In this document: positions 28,293 through 37,833 of the stretch, piece after piece
Numbering within the stretch: position 1 is the stretch's first letter
Layout: the number at the start of each line of letters is the position of its first letter
Sequence record: MW650886.1
Direction: 5' to 3' (one strand)
Source of the DNA: Escherichia phage vB_EcoM-ZQ1
DNA length: 64,000 bases
Notes under the pieces: model-generated
What the model saw: the letters and a program-made list of their open reading frames with translations, nothing else
Database searches by the model: none
What the model was told of the DNA's origin: nothing
Program-made: the position numbers and the translations under genes

Positions 28293-29513
28293 TTATTCAG
28301 GTTTCTTCAAACGGTCCAGCAAATTGACGGAACCACGTTTGAGCACGACTTCATCACAGCGCTTTTTGTATTCCCCACCGCCGTCATATCCAACCTTCCC
28401 GCGCGGTTTTTTACCTTGCTGTATGGCCTCTACACAACGAGTATATTTCGACAATTCACAAAAGTGGTTTTCTAATTGTTGAACATTCATACACTGATCC
28501 CAAGGCTCTTCCGCAGACCAAAATTCTTCCCTGTTATACCCAAGAGGGCCATAAACCGCGTCCTGATTGTCCCGCAACCAGAAGATGCATTCTTCATGCG
28601 TCATGCCATCTTTGTCCTGGAACATCAGGTCGATCCCTGCGCGACAGCCTGGTCCAGCAACCGTGAAGTGGTTCTCACTGAAAGGATATTCAGGAATGTA
28701 AGTGAAGTCAACCCATATCTGATAGGCCAGGAATGGGCCAAGCCCTTCGATGTCGTCATACATGCGCTGGTATACTTCCAAAGGAGTACCAAGGCGCAGC
28801 AGGTCATGGAAATAATTTGGATACTTGTTGACGAATGCCTTCAGGGAGCGGATGACACGCATTGGCATGTACGGTTCCCAACCTTCGATGGTGTAGAAGT
28901 CCGGCTCTGCTTCGGCTATCGCCTTGGCTTCTTTATAATCCATGTTCTGGGTTGAACCGTCTTTACAGATCAGATTCACCATCATCCCACCGAAGCGCTG
29001 CTCCTTGTGGTTGACAACCATCTCAGGGAAAGCCAGGCATTGCTTCAGGCCGCCCGTGTTGAAGGCATTGGTGAATACCTTACCACCGTCGGCCTCGAAC
29101 TTCTGAAGTCGTTCGCGGGTTGCATCGAGGTTGATCTCGGCGAATTCTTTGATCGTCATCGCGCCGCCGATAGCCTGGATTGGATCCCAGAGGTTGAACA
29201 TGCGGAACAACACGCAGTTGAACATCTTGTCGGCCATACCCAGAGCATCATTCTTGGCGATGTTGTTGATCAGGTTGAGAGACTGCCTGTCGTGCTCTCT
29301 CCGGACGTTACAGAATTTAACCTGGCGTAGTATGGGATTATCAGTCCAAGGAGCAGGAAGGCGCTGGACGTCCTTCTTGACGTGGATCTGATAACGATCG
29401 CGCATCCATTCGTAAGACAGGCGGGTATGGGTCGGGCTGAGAACCGGTTTGGCCGACTTTATCTTTTCTTCACGGACACCGCAGTACGGGACGTCCAGGG
29501 CTTTATCTTTCAT
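28293..29513 (-). CDS. hypothetical protein (406 aa)
   Basis: long ORF; family not recognised by eye. Confidence 0.55.
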   Translation of the reverse strand: MKDKALDVPYCGVREEKIKSAKPVLSPTHTRLSYEWMRDRYQIHVKKDVQRLPAPWTDNPILRQVKFCNVRREHDRQSLNLINNIAKNDALGMADKMFNCVLFRMFNLWDPIQAIGGAMTIKEFAEINLDATRERLQKFEADGGKVFTNAFNTGGLKQCLAFPEMVVNHKEQRFGGMMVNLICKDGSTQNMDYKEAKAIAEAEPDFYTIEGWEPYMPMRVIRSLKAFVNKYPNYFHDLLRLGTPLEVYQRMYDDIEGLGPFLAYQIWVDFTYIPEYPFSENHFTVAGPGCRAGIDLMFQDKDGMTHEECIFWLRDNQDAVYGPLGYNREEFWSAEEPWDQCMNVQQLENHFCELSKYTRCVEAIQQGKKPRGKVGYDGGGEYKKRCDEVVLKRGSVNLLDRLKKPE

Positions 29514-29581
29514 GGTATCCTCTTAGAATACGAAAACAGAGGCCATTATAGCCTCTGTTGTTTAGTGAATAACCGTATATC

Positions 29582-30454
29582 TTAATCGATACGGGTCAGT
29601 TGGGTGATAGATGATTGCACTGGGCTGGCCACATAGATACGGACGTTGGCTTTCCATTCACCCCAGATCAACGGTAGAGTTGGGAAGTTGTCTTCATTGA
29701 AAACAAACACGGGAATGTAGCTCTCGACTGTTTCGCCAGAGAACGCCTGGAAGCCCATCTTGGTGTATCCCATGATCTCGTCAATAAAATCGAACGGCGC
29801 GTAGGCAACACCAGCATGTTCGTTGCATCCGAGTCGACCTGGGGTAGCCGTGCCTGTCAGAATGATTTCGGTGATCTGGCGCTTAGGCTCGGTGGTCAAC
29901 ATATCAGAGAAGTCAGGCTCTTTGAAGGTTGCCATGTTCTTCAGGAACTTGCCAGCCGGGTATTCTTTACCGTCGACGGTGATGGTGTCTACTACTTTGA
30001 TGCACGCCTGAGGGAATTCCCCTTCGATGCGCAGACTTTCGCGTGGGAAGCCTTTGTTGTAGTAGTAATCCAGTGCTGGCACAACTTCACCTTCATTACG
30101 GATGAACTTGCTCATGTTAGAGGCATACACGCGCTGTAGGCATTCGTCACCGTCGAAACCAGCAATATGAGCCACGCCGTCGTTGACTGTTGTGATGTCA
30201 CCCTGGGCATCCATGATCTGGCGCATAATGTCTTTGATGTCGACAACAACGGGTTCTTTCAGGACTCGCGGAGATGCAGTGAACTCAATTTTCACCTCGT
30301 GGTCGAAATACGCCGCTTCCAGCAGTTCACGGGTTTCTTCCAGCACCAGTTTCGCCTGATTGCGGATCTTACCAAAGTCGGGCGATGTGACGTCGCCCTT
30401 TGCATTACCGAAAGCCAGATTCAGATTCACGTTCTTGGAAAATGTAGTTGTCAT
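29582..30454 (-). CDS. hypothetical protein (290 aa)
   Basis: ORF; weak EExxELxxA MazG-like motif only. Confidence 0.5.
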   Translation of the reverse strand: MTTTFSKNVNLNLAFGNAKGDVTSPDFGKIRNQAKLVLEETRELLEAAYFDHEVKIEFTASPRVLKEPVVVDIKDIMRQIMDAQGDITTVNDGVAHIAGFDGDECLQRVYASNMSKFIRNEGEVVPALDYYYNKGFPRESLRIEGEFPQACIKVVDTITVDGKEYPAGKFLKNMATFKEPDFSDMLTTEPKRQITEIILTGTATPGRLGCNEHAGVAYAPFDFIDEIMGYTKMGFQAFSGETVESYIPVFVFNEDNFPTLPLIWGEWKANVRIYVASPVQSSITQLTRID

Positions 30455-30470
30455 GATTTAGCGACTCCAG

Positions 30471-30935
30471 TTATTCGCTTTTTGCCTTCGTAGGCCGGAT
30501 GATGTATTTTGGAACCAGTTTCCATTCAGGAACCTGATCGTGTTTAACCACTTTAATGCGAGACATATCGGCTGCTTCAGTGACCTGCTCAGGATGAATG
30601 ACCTTCACCATGTTCCACTGCTCCAGCAGCTTGATGATGCGGTTCATCCTCAGGACATCTTCGCGGTTAAATCCGTTGTAATGCCCGTCCAGCATAAATA
30701 GATGCTTAAAGTGGACGATATAATACTTACCACACTTATGAAGAATATGGCAAGTCTGATACAGAGTATTCGGCTCTTGGCGCGTGTTTACCCCAATTCG
30801 ACTCAGTGTTTCCTTGATCCCCAGGAATATACCTGGCCGATCTTGGTTCAATTGAACTTCAACCATACAATCAACGATGCTGGCCTCATCGTTGACTGCT
30901 GAAATATTCAATATGTCTAGCGTATTACGCGCCAT
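30471..30935 (-). CDS. regA: translational repressor RegA-like
   Basis: LYQTCHILHKCGKYYIVHFK and EWKLVPKY match T4 RegA hallmarks; position next to gene 62 as in T4. Confidence 0.7.
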   Translation of the reverse strand: MARNTLDILNISAVNDEASIVDCMVEVQLNQDRPGIFLGIKETLSRIGVNTRQEPNTLYQTCHILHKCGKYYIVHFKHLFMLDGHYNGFNREDVLRMNRIIKLLEQWNMVKVIHPEQVTEAADMSRIKVVKHDQVPEWKLVPKYIIRPTKAKSE

Positions 30936-30964
30936 GACTCATTCCCCTTTTACAATAGTTTGAA

Positions 30965-31420
30965 CTATTTAGCCTTGCGCGGTTTCGCTTTGGCGTTCAG
31001 CTCAGTGCGTCTCATCTTCTCGCGTATCTCGGCCAGGACTTCCTTCGGCAAGAAACGGACGTACTCCGATGCCTTCTCCATGCTGATGTAGAAGTACTCT
31101 GAGAGTAACTTCACGTCAGGATCAATCGGACCTTTCTTAGACCATTTGTCGTAGCGTTTCCGAGCCGGAATGGTGTAAAAGGCATATGACCATTGCATCC
31201 ATGGAGTGATAGCATGTAGCTTATTCATCTGTTGCGCAGCCACTAGAGTGTCTTTGCTCTGAGCTAAACCACGCCGCGTCATAAACGGGTCGAATCCTTT
31301 CAACACTTCTGGGTCATCAGACCGCAAAAGGTTTTCTTTGCTGCTGTTCAGAGCAGCCAGGTAATCGAACAATCCAAGGGCGGCCATAATATCACTTCCA
31401 CTTGATGTTGAGCATGACAT
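30965..31420 (-). CDS. 62: clamp-loader small subunit, gp62-like
   Basis: IPARKRYDKWSK resembles T4 gp62 VPRGKRYGKWAK; synteny 45-44-62-regA; alternative start at 31387. Confidence 0.6.
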   Translation of the reverse strand: MSCSTSSGSDIMAALGLFDYLAALNSSKENLLRSDDPEVLKGFDPFMTRRGLAQSKDTLVAAQQMNKLHAITPWMQWSYAFYTIPARKRYDKWSKKGPIDPDVKLLSEYFYISMEKASEYVRFLPKEVLAEIREKMRRTELNAKAKPRKAK

Positions 31421-32381
31421 TGGTCAGGAAAAACACAGCATGCAGCCAGACATCGCCGACTTGACGGTGTTCAATCTGAGACTGACCACATACGCATACC
31501 AGATCCGGGATAGACTCATTCTGAACCAACATTTGCTTCTCTTTATCCTGTGGTACACAGAACTGGAAGAAGCGGGAATAGAAGTCTTCAGTGATATAGT
31601 TCTGGTTGTCGGTCACCCACTGCTTCATCCCAGCCCAGTCATTATCCTTCAACATATTCACCAACATACCCATATCGGCCGATTTTAACACAGCCAGTGC
31701 ACGTTCGTCGATCTTGCCGTAAGTGGTGACGTTATCCTGTAGAACACCCATGATGCGGCGGTTATCAGGGAAATGGCGCTTGACAATAGCAGCCAACACA
31801 GGAGGGTCATACTCAACACCTTCGCAGCGAAGGATTTCAGCACAGCGGCGCATGAACTGAAGTTTTACCTCATCAGCCTCAGCCTCATTCCAGATAAAGT
31901 CGATTTCACGGCAACGAGAGCGCAGAGGTTCGTTCACACGTTGCTTGGCGTTGGTGGTCAGGATGAATGAACAGTTCTTGGAGACCTTCTCCACAATACC
32001 CTTCAGCGACTCCTGTGCCGCCATAGACAGACGCTCTACTTCGTCGAGGATAACGACTTTGCGACCACCGAATACGCTCACACCAGTAGAGTACTGAATC
32101 ACGCGGTCACGGATAACGTCGATGCTGTTGTCCAGGGATGCGTTGATCATCAGTGGTTGCTTACAACCGATTTCATTACACACGGCCAGGGCGGAGGTAG
32201 TCTTGCCAGTACCAGGCTGAGGGGAGTAGAACAGCATAGACGGGATGTTGCCGTTGCCGCTGGTGATGTAGCCATGGATTTTAGCGCGGACGTCTTGAGG
32301 GATGATAATCTCGTCCAGGTTGTCAGGGCGGTACTTGTTTTCCCATGCGTACTGGTCGGAAACGATAGTAATATTAGACAT
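31392..32381 (-). CDS. 44: clamp-loader ATPase, gp44 / RFC-like
   Basis: RFC box WENKYRP, Walker A PQPGTGKTT, DEVER, SRC motif LRSRCREI. Confidence 0.85.
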   Translation of the reverse strand: MSNITIVSDQYAWENKYRPDNLDEIIIPQDVRAKIHGYITSGNGNIPSMLFYSPQPGTGKTTSALAVCNEIGCKQPLMINASLDNSIDVIRDRVIQYSTGVSVFGGRKVVILDEVERLSMAAQESLKGIVEKVSKNCSFILTTNAKQRVNEPLRSRCREIDFIWNEAEADEVKLQFMRRCAEILRCEGVEYDPPVLAAIVKRHFPDNRRIMGVLQDNVTTYGKIDERALAVLKSADMGMLVNMLKDNDWAGMKQWVTDNQNYITEDFYSRFFQFCVPQDKEKQMLVQNESIPDLVCVCGQSQIEHRQVGDVWLHAVFFLTNVMLNIKWK

Positions 32382-32461
32382 TTCAGCCTCGTGTAGAAGA
32401 ATCATTTCAAATAGGCGGGGAACGCCCCGCCCACACATTATAGCATCAGGCTGGAGATTGA

Positions 32462-33130
32462 TTACTCAATCTGTGCGCCGACGAAGTAATTGATCGTCGC
32501 GTCGGATGATTGGAAGTTCACCATCTGTAGATCAGCACAGGCACGCAAAGTGTAGTTGCCTTCGATCATTTTCAGGTTGGCAACATCCAGCGGCATTACG
32601 AAGTCCGGCAGCGCGGTTTCGCCCAGCTCAACAGTGTAGTTGTTGGAGTTGTCCAGGGTAGTAGTGGTTGCAACCAGGCGAGTTTTGCCACCCTGAGCAA
32701 CCAGGCGCACAGTCTTATGTCCGAGGGTAGAACAGGCGCGGGTCAGTTCTTTCATCTTCTCTGGAGTGATGATCGCTTCAAAGTCGACAGACGGCAGTTC
32801 AATAGTATCAGCCGGGACAACCGTGAGTTCTTTAGCAGAACGCCAGAATTGCAGCTGAGAACTTTCGCCCTTCAACAGGATGTAGTCCTGATGGAATTCG
32901 GCTTTGGCACCTTTAAAGGAAGGTAGGCGCTGGATAGCCAGAAGTTTGGTCAGGTCCAGAATCGGGAACTCAAACGGGAAGTCTTCTTCGATCTGCGCCA
33001 CGGCGATCACAGTAGAAGAATCATTAATACTGCGCAGCATCTTGCCCGGTGTCAGAACGATAGATGGGTTGATGGTCTCAAAGTTGGCCAGCAACTGAAG
33101 TGTACGTTCGGAGAGAGTGATCTCTTGCAT
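32462..33130 (-). CDS. 45: sliding clamp, gp45-like
   Basis: size 222 aa, N-terminal LQLLANFETINPSIVL resembles T4 gp45, synteny. Confidence 0.7.
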   Translation of the reverse strand: MQEITLSERTLQLLANFETINPSIVLTPGKMLRSINDSSTVIAVAQIEEDFPFEFPILDLTKLLAIQRLPSFKGAKAEFHQDYILLKGESSQLQFWRSAKELTVVPADTIELPSVDFEAIITPEKMKELTRACSTLGHKTVRLVAQGGKTRLVATTTTLDNSNNYTVELGETALPDFVMPLDVANLKMIEGNYTLRACADLQMVNFQSSDATINYFVGAQIE

Positions 33131-33239
33131 TTGTATGTATCCTCAAAATATAGTGGGGGTTCAAGTCATGTTTGACGCAATCTAGTATCGCTGTGTTTTG
33201 CTTATAGAACAAGTGGCAAATTGCGCTACGCGTTATTAA

Positions 33240-33257
33240 TAAATGCCTTCGGCATTT
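33240..33257. other. perfect hairpin aaatgcc-ttcg-ggcattt in noncoding region
   Basis: 7-bp stem, tetraloop. Confidence 0.5.
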
Positions 33258-33262
33258 ATGGA

Positions 33263-33309
33263 CTTTATTAAAGATAATAACCTTTATTAAAGATAATAAT
33301 CTTTATTAA
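33263..33309. repeat. three iteron-like direct repeats (CTTTATTAAAGATAATAA period 18 bp)
   Basis: two full copies plus partial third in the largest noncoding gap. Confidence 0.7.
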
Positions 33310-33342
33310 TCCTATTCGCTTCGCTCATAAAACAAATACTCG

Positions 33343-33372
33343 TTGTTCGCTAACGCTCACAACTCGTATAAT
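33343..33372 (+). promoter_or_regulatory. sigma70-like promoter (TTGTTC - 18 - TATAAT)
   Basis: plus-strand -35/-10 pair upstream of plus-strand gene 33492..33863. Confidence 0.35.
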
Positions 33373-33491
33373 ACCACGCCATTGTTCAACAAGAAAGCAG
33401 TTTTTATTCAACAGCAAAATTAATTTATTTGGTCTAAACATGCACGCGAAATAATATGTATGTCATGTTAACCAACATACGAGAGTAATAT

Positions 33492-33863
33492 ATGAAACAG
33501 TTCGTAGGATTATACGCAGTTGGGTGTAGTAAACCAGACGCCAAGCTCACCACAGATCAATTTACCACAGGCACCCCAGTTTATCTGACACAGCTGGCGT
33601 CAGACAAGAACTTACCATCGGAGCCGCGATTTGTCCCTCTGGGGTTGATGACAGGTCTGAAAGTTGGTCTGTATGTCGGTGTGGTGACGTTTGAAAATGG
33701 CGTCGAAGCGAAAGTTCTGCCATTCAAATTGGGCAGCGAAGAAATGCTGAAGGATACGATCAGTGAACACCTGAACTCACAATGTCTGGCTTCTCTGGAC
33801 AAATTGTTCGGTGTAGTAACTGATGAAGGCGAGGCCACCCCCGCCTATGTGAATCAAGATTAA
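33492..33863 (+). CDS. hypothetical protein (123 aa)
   Basis: plus-strand ORF with GAGAG RBS. Confidence 0.45.
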   Translation: MKQFVGLYAVGCSKPDAKLTTDQFTTGTPVYLTQLASDKNLPSEPRFVPLGLMTGLKVGLYVGVVTFENGVEAKVLPFKLGSEEMLKDTISEHLNSQCLASLDKLFGVVTDEGEATPAYVNQD

Positions 33864-35368
33864 TCGTGATTACCCAGCGCCACCTTCATGAACTCCACAG
33901 GGTGGCGCTCTGCCAGGTAAAACTTGTAACGCTCGTGAGAGTGCCTAAGAGCGTGGTTCGTGCTGGCGTTGTACGATGCATCATCCACTAAGTCCCATAT
34001 CCACGCGACGTCCTTAGAGGAGTGCTGACGCATCAGACGACCCAATGTCTGTATGACGCGGATATATGACTTGCTCGGGTGTGCCAGTACAAGGTGGTGT
34101 AGCTTCTTGATCGACACTCCCTGCTGCATTGTCCCGTATGAAGCCAACAACGTGATATCTTCTCCATCCTCCATCGCTTTCTGTATGCGGCGGCGGTCTT
34201 CGATCTTCACTTCCCCGTTGATGACAAACACGTTGGGCTTGACTGCGCTCAGCATATCGTACACAACCATCATGTGGGCGTCAATACGCTCGAACATGAT
34301 GGCCACGTTCCCTTTCAGATTCAGTGCCATCTTGGCGATCAGTTCGTTGCGGGACTGGTGTGTGATAAGGTATTCTATTTCCTTGGAATAATCCCCGTCC
34401 AGACCAACAGCATCCGCCGGAGTGTGCTTCAGCTGAATCATCTTCACTTTGATGTCAGTGGCGTATCCGAGATTGATAAGATCGCGAGCCGTGATGATCT
34501 TATGGTACGCCCCGAAGTGAGCCACCACCTGAAGCCCGGCAACTTTGGTATTCGCCAGCGTACCTGTAACCCCCAAGCGCTGGTCGGCATAGATGCAGTT
34601 GTTTAGGATGTAAGACAGTTTCTCAGACTTGGAGGTGTGCACTTCATCCACCACGATATCACCGAACTGGTGGAACCATTCCTTCGGTTGATCTTGAATG
34701 CCTTGCCATGTACTGATGACGATTGGTTTGCTGATCTCCTTTGTCGCGCCCTCAAAAATCAGCTGGGTGTTAACAACGGGCTTCCAATCACTGCCATGCG
34801 CATACTCTTCGAAGTTGTCGTACAGCTGAGTGACTAAGTGGATTGACGGCACCACGATAAGCGTCTTCAGAGGACTTTCGAGAGCTTCTCTGCGCCGCCT
34901 GTAGTACCGCGCCATGACATACAGAATAAAGGACTTACCGGCACTCGTAGCCAGTTCACAGACGCATCTGGTTTGACGCATAGCCTTGGCGATGGTGTCG
35001 TACTGGTAGTCACGAGTCTCGGCATCGATATATTCGTGATTTTCGGTGCGGATCTTTGGATGCAGACTGTCGATGAAGTCACGGATTTCTTCATCTGGGA
35101 TGTCCTGAATGTACTTCAGCGCCGGATCCAGTTCAATGGTGTATCCGTTGTTCTTACAGAACTTAAATACCTCAAACAGCAGACCGATATCGATTAGACC
35201 AGATGACTTGGTAAATAGGCGGACAACCCCGTCCCATTTAGAGAAGGGGTTGGGAACGAAGTTCGGGTCTTCGAATTTGAAGTAGTCATTAAGTTCTTCC
35301 CTGATAGAAAGATCTGCGATGCAACGCATGCGGACTTCGTTAACCTTAACAATCTGAATGTCTGCCAT
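33860..35368 (-). CDS. uvsW: SF2 helicase, UvsW-like
   Basis: Walker A TSAGKS, DEVH box; ~500 aa; neighbour of UvsY-like gene as in T4. Confidence 0.6.
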   Translation of the reverse strand: MADIQIVKVNEVRMRCIADLSIREELNDYFKFEDPNFVPNPFSKWDGVVRLFTKSSGLIDIGLLFEVFKFCKNNGYTIELDPALKYIQDIPDEEIRDFIDSLHPKIRTENHEYIDAETRDYQYDTIAKAMRQTRCVCELATSAGKSFILYVMARYYRRRREALESPLKTLIVVPSIHLVTQLYDNFEEYAHGSDWKPVVNTQLIFEGATKEISKPIVISTWQGIQDQPKEWFHQFGDIVVDEVHTSKSEKLSYILNNCIYADQRLGVTGTLANTKVAGLQVVAHFGAYHKIITARDLINLGYATDIKVKMIQLKHTPADAVGLDGDYSKEIEYLITHQSRNELIAKMALNLKGNVAIMFERIDAHMMVVYDMLSAVKPNVFVINGEVKIEDRRRIQKAMEDGEDITLLASYGTMQQGVSIKKLHHLVLAHPSKSYIRVIQTLGRLMRQHSSKDVAWIWDLVDDASYNASTNHALRHSHERYKFYLAERHPVEFMKVALGNHD

Positions 35369-35393
35369 ACAAAATCTCCCAAGGATTATGGGG

Positions 35394-35400
35394 TATTTAG
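35394..35400 (-). promoter_or_regulatory. late-promoter-like motif CTAAATA
   Basis: CACTAAATACC ~25 bp upstream of ATG 35368. Confidence 0.4.
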
Positions 35401-36143
35401 TGATCCGGCCAGACTCCGTTTTGTTCTTTATCCATGCGATGATACAGACGAACACGCTCAAACATCTTTGTCAGAATGTCATCACGGTTGAACTCAATGA
35501 CGGTTGGTAGAGGGGAAGACTCGTTGGCAATCACGTTGATGAGGCGGGTGATCTTGACGCCGAACATCTGCTGGAACATGACCGAATATAAGCACAGCTG
35601 GATACTGTAATCCTCGATCATGCCCCGCGTCTTCATGGTGTTCGATGTCTTGAAGTCGATGACAGCAGGTTTACCCTCATAAACCCCGATAAGGTCTACA
35701 CGACCTGCAAGACCAAGCACCTCGCTATATAATGGGATCTCCTGAGCATAGATCTTTGTCATCTTGTTCAGGTAAGGGAACAGCTGCTTGAACATGAACA
35801 TGTATTCGCCAGCCGCTTCCAACACTTCTTTCATTGGGCGGTTCTTTAGATACAGTTCACACGCAAGGTGCAGCTTCTCCCCTCGGTCAGCACAGCGCAT
35901 GGTCTCAAGGTCAGCGGCTTCTGCGCCCAGCTTCTTCCTCCAAGACTCAAGCCATTCATGATCTCCAGTGCGTCCCAGCATAGTCGTGACGGATGTCAGT
36001 TTAACACCAGACGGTGAAACATAATGACGACCATTCTCCGTCGTAACACATTCCAGTTCCTTATGAGGAAGTTCGTATTGCTGGAATGTGTAATGGCGGT
36101 TTTCGAAGTCATTCAGCTTGCGTAGATCCTGGAGAGATGCCAT
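35397..36143 (-). CDS. PD-(D/E)xK family nuclease (RecB/Cas4-like fold)
   Basis: GRVDLIGV ... VIDFKTS motif pattern. Confidence 0.45.
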   Translation of the reverse strand: MASLQDLRKLNDFENRHYTFQQYELPHKELECVTTENGRHYVSPSGVKLTSVTTMLGRTGDHEWLESWRKKLGAEAADLETMRCADRGEKLHLACELYLKNRPMKEVLEAAGEYMFMFKQLFPYLNKMTKIYAQEIPLYSEVLGLAGRVDLIGVYEGKPAVIDFKTSNTMKTRGMIEDYSIQLCLYSVMFQQMFGVKITRLINVIANESSPLPTVIEFNRDDILTKMFERVRLYHRMDKEQNGVWPDH

Positions 36144-36158
36144 TATGTGTGATCCTCG

Positions 36159-36611
36159 TTATACACCATCAATATATTTTCTCCACTCAATAGCATTTTT
36201 CACTTCGTATCCCAGTTTGTTCAGGCGATCCAAACAAGTCTCTATGAACTTGACTTTTGCTTTTTGTTCTTGTAACAGAACAGACAACTCCACATAGTCA
36301 TCGTCTGCTTTGACCCATGTATCTAGGTCAGACTTCAGGGGGCGAACCTTCAGGGGGCGCTCTGCGTAGATGTTAGGGGGTAACTCCCCTGCATAGTAGC
36401 GGCGCAGATAGAGATCGATCTGGCGGAAGCGCCCGTTGAGAAATTCAAGATAACGTCCCTCGCGCAGATAATGCCGCTGTACAGCCATCCAAGAGCGCCC
36501 GATTTTCAGTGAGATCTGGTCAAGGTTCATGTCTTCTGGGTCCACTGTGATCAGCGGCTCCAGTTCGTTCATGATGTCCTCGGTAGCCATTGTCTGTAGT
36601 TGTTCTTTCAT
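36159..36611 (-). CDS. possible UvsY-like recombination mediator
   Basis: size 150 aa, LYLRRYYAGE resembles UvsY RLDYYSG region; adjacency to UvsW-like gene. Confidence 0.35.
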   Translation of the reverse strand: MKEQLQTMATEDIMNELEPLITVDPEDMNLDQISLKIGRSWMAVQRHYLREGRYLEFLNGRFRQIDLYLRRYYAGELPPNIYAERPLKVRPLKSDLDTWVKADDDYVELSVLLQEQKAKVKFIETCLDRLNKLGYEVKNAIEWRKYIDGV

Positions 36612-36653
36612 AAAATATCCCAGCTTGTCAATGTCATAGAATTATACCGCATT

Positions 36654-37367
36654 TCATGGATTAGAATCAATCGCCTTCCCACCAGATAGTGGAACCAGCT
36701 GTTGGAACTTGAAGGTCACTGTTGTCACCAGCTGAGGTACAGCCGCGTCTACGTCCACCAGTACGTTGTCCAAAGCAGTCGGGCGGGCTTCCTCCAGCAC
36801 GAGAGTGAGGCCAATCGGTCGGTTGAGGTTATCCAGCAATTCAATGGTAATGTCCTTGCTGACAGGCAAATCCTTGCCGACGTTGCTGGTAATCCATTGG
36901 TGGATCTGTAACCATGATTTCCAGTCCTCGTCTATAACGAAAGTAAATACGACGGGATCATAGGTTAAACGCTCTGAAGGTATAGAAACCAACACGTCAC
37001 CAGGAGACGGACCATCGATGCCTTCGGAGTACACTCCTGGTATACTGAAGTCGTGGATGTTACGGGTTAGGAGTACAAGGTCTCCGATAGTCAGACGCCA
37101 CTTATCGGACGCCGCGAAATTAGGGTTTTCGTTCTTGAATTGTACGTTGGACATAATAGCACCTTTGCTGTGGAGATATTTTGTGACCCTGATGCGCGGG
37201 ATCAGTAGATTGTTGTTGGCATGCTCGATGCTCTTGTTTACGAGCTGTCGAATCTTTGTCACGCCAATAATTTCTGTTTCCGAATTCTGGAACCCAGAAG
37301 TGCGCACTGTACCTGTGACGTTGTCGGCCAGCGTTCCCACTTGTAACAAGGGTATGCTGGACATCAT
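36654..37367 (-). CDS. hypothetical protein (238 aa)
   Basis: ORF; start at internal ATG-ATG 37367 chosen to avoid overlap with plus-strand gene. Confidence 0.4.
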   Translation of the reverse strand: MMSSIPLLQVGTLADNVTGTVRTSGFQNSETEIIGVTKIRQLVNKSIEHANNNLLIPRIRVTKYLHSKGAIMSNVQFKNENPNFAASDKWRLTIGDLVLLTRNIHDFSIPGVYSEGIDGPSPGDVLVSIPSERLTYDPVVFTFVIDEDWKSWLQIHQWITSNVGKDLPVSKDITIELLDNLNRPIGLTLVLEEARPTALDNVLVDVDAAVPQLVTTVTFKFQQLVPLSGGKAIDSNP

Positions 37368-37425
37368 CGTGCAAGAGTTCCAGCCCTTCCAGAAGCTCGT
37401 ACCTTTAGGTTGCTTTGATGAGAAC

Positions 37426-37833
37426 ATGAGCACCCTCAAGCCATACTGGAAGACCACAATTCCTCTCCTGCGGCATGGCGATGAAGGGAAGATTCCATAC
37501 ATTTCAGCAAGTATTTATTACTCTCAGAACAACAGCATCATTATCACTTTTAATCCATCATTCTACGCCAAGCTGAAGCAACAAATGGTTGGACGATTGG
37601 GTGCAACATCGGATATAATCGTGACGTTCAAGATCATGAATGACACAGATAAACCAGTACGAATCGCAACTCAGAGTGTGTTCGTCAACAATGACGCGGT
37701 TGGAAATGGGATGAGCATCTTTGAAGTTAACCCAGGGGGAACGATCTTGATCAGACTGAGTAATGTGGGTGTGAACTCCCTGCTGTTGGATGGCATCGAA
37801 CCAGTGGGAGTTCTTCCGGCGCGGGAGCACTGA
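37426..37833 (+). CDS. hypothetical protein (135 aa)
   Basis: protein-like C-terminal half of plus ORF 37018..37833; convergent with next gene. Confidence 0.35.
   Translation: MSTLKPYWKTTIPLLRHGDEGKIPYISASIYYSQNNSIIITFNPSFYAKLKQQMVGRLGATSDIIVTFKIMNDTDKPVRIATQSVFVNNDAVGNGMSIFEVNPGGTILIRLSNVGVNSLLLDGIEPVGVLPAREH

Noticed and set aside
29582-30454. DNA polymerase expected downstream of regA by T4 synteny
   Set aside because: None of the three downstream ORFs carries family-B polymerase or exonuclease motifs; the polymerase must lie outside this window.
37018-37833. Full 271-aa plus-strand ORF
   Set aside because: The N-terminal two thirds overlap minus-strand gene 36654..37367 and look non-protein-like; only the C-terminal 135 aa from ATG 37426 was kept, with low confidence.
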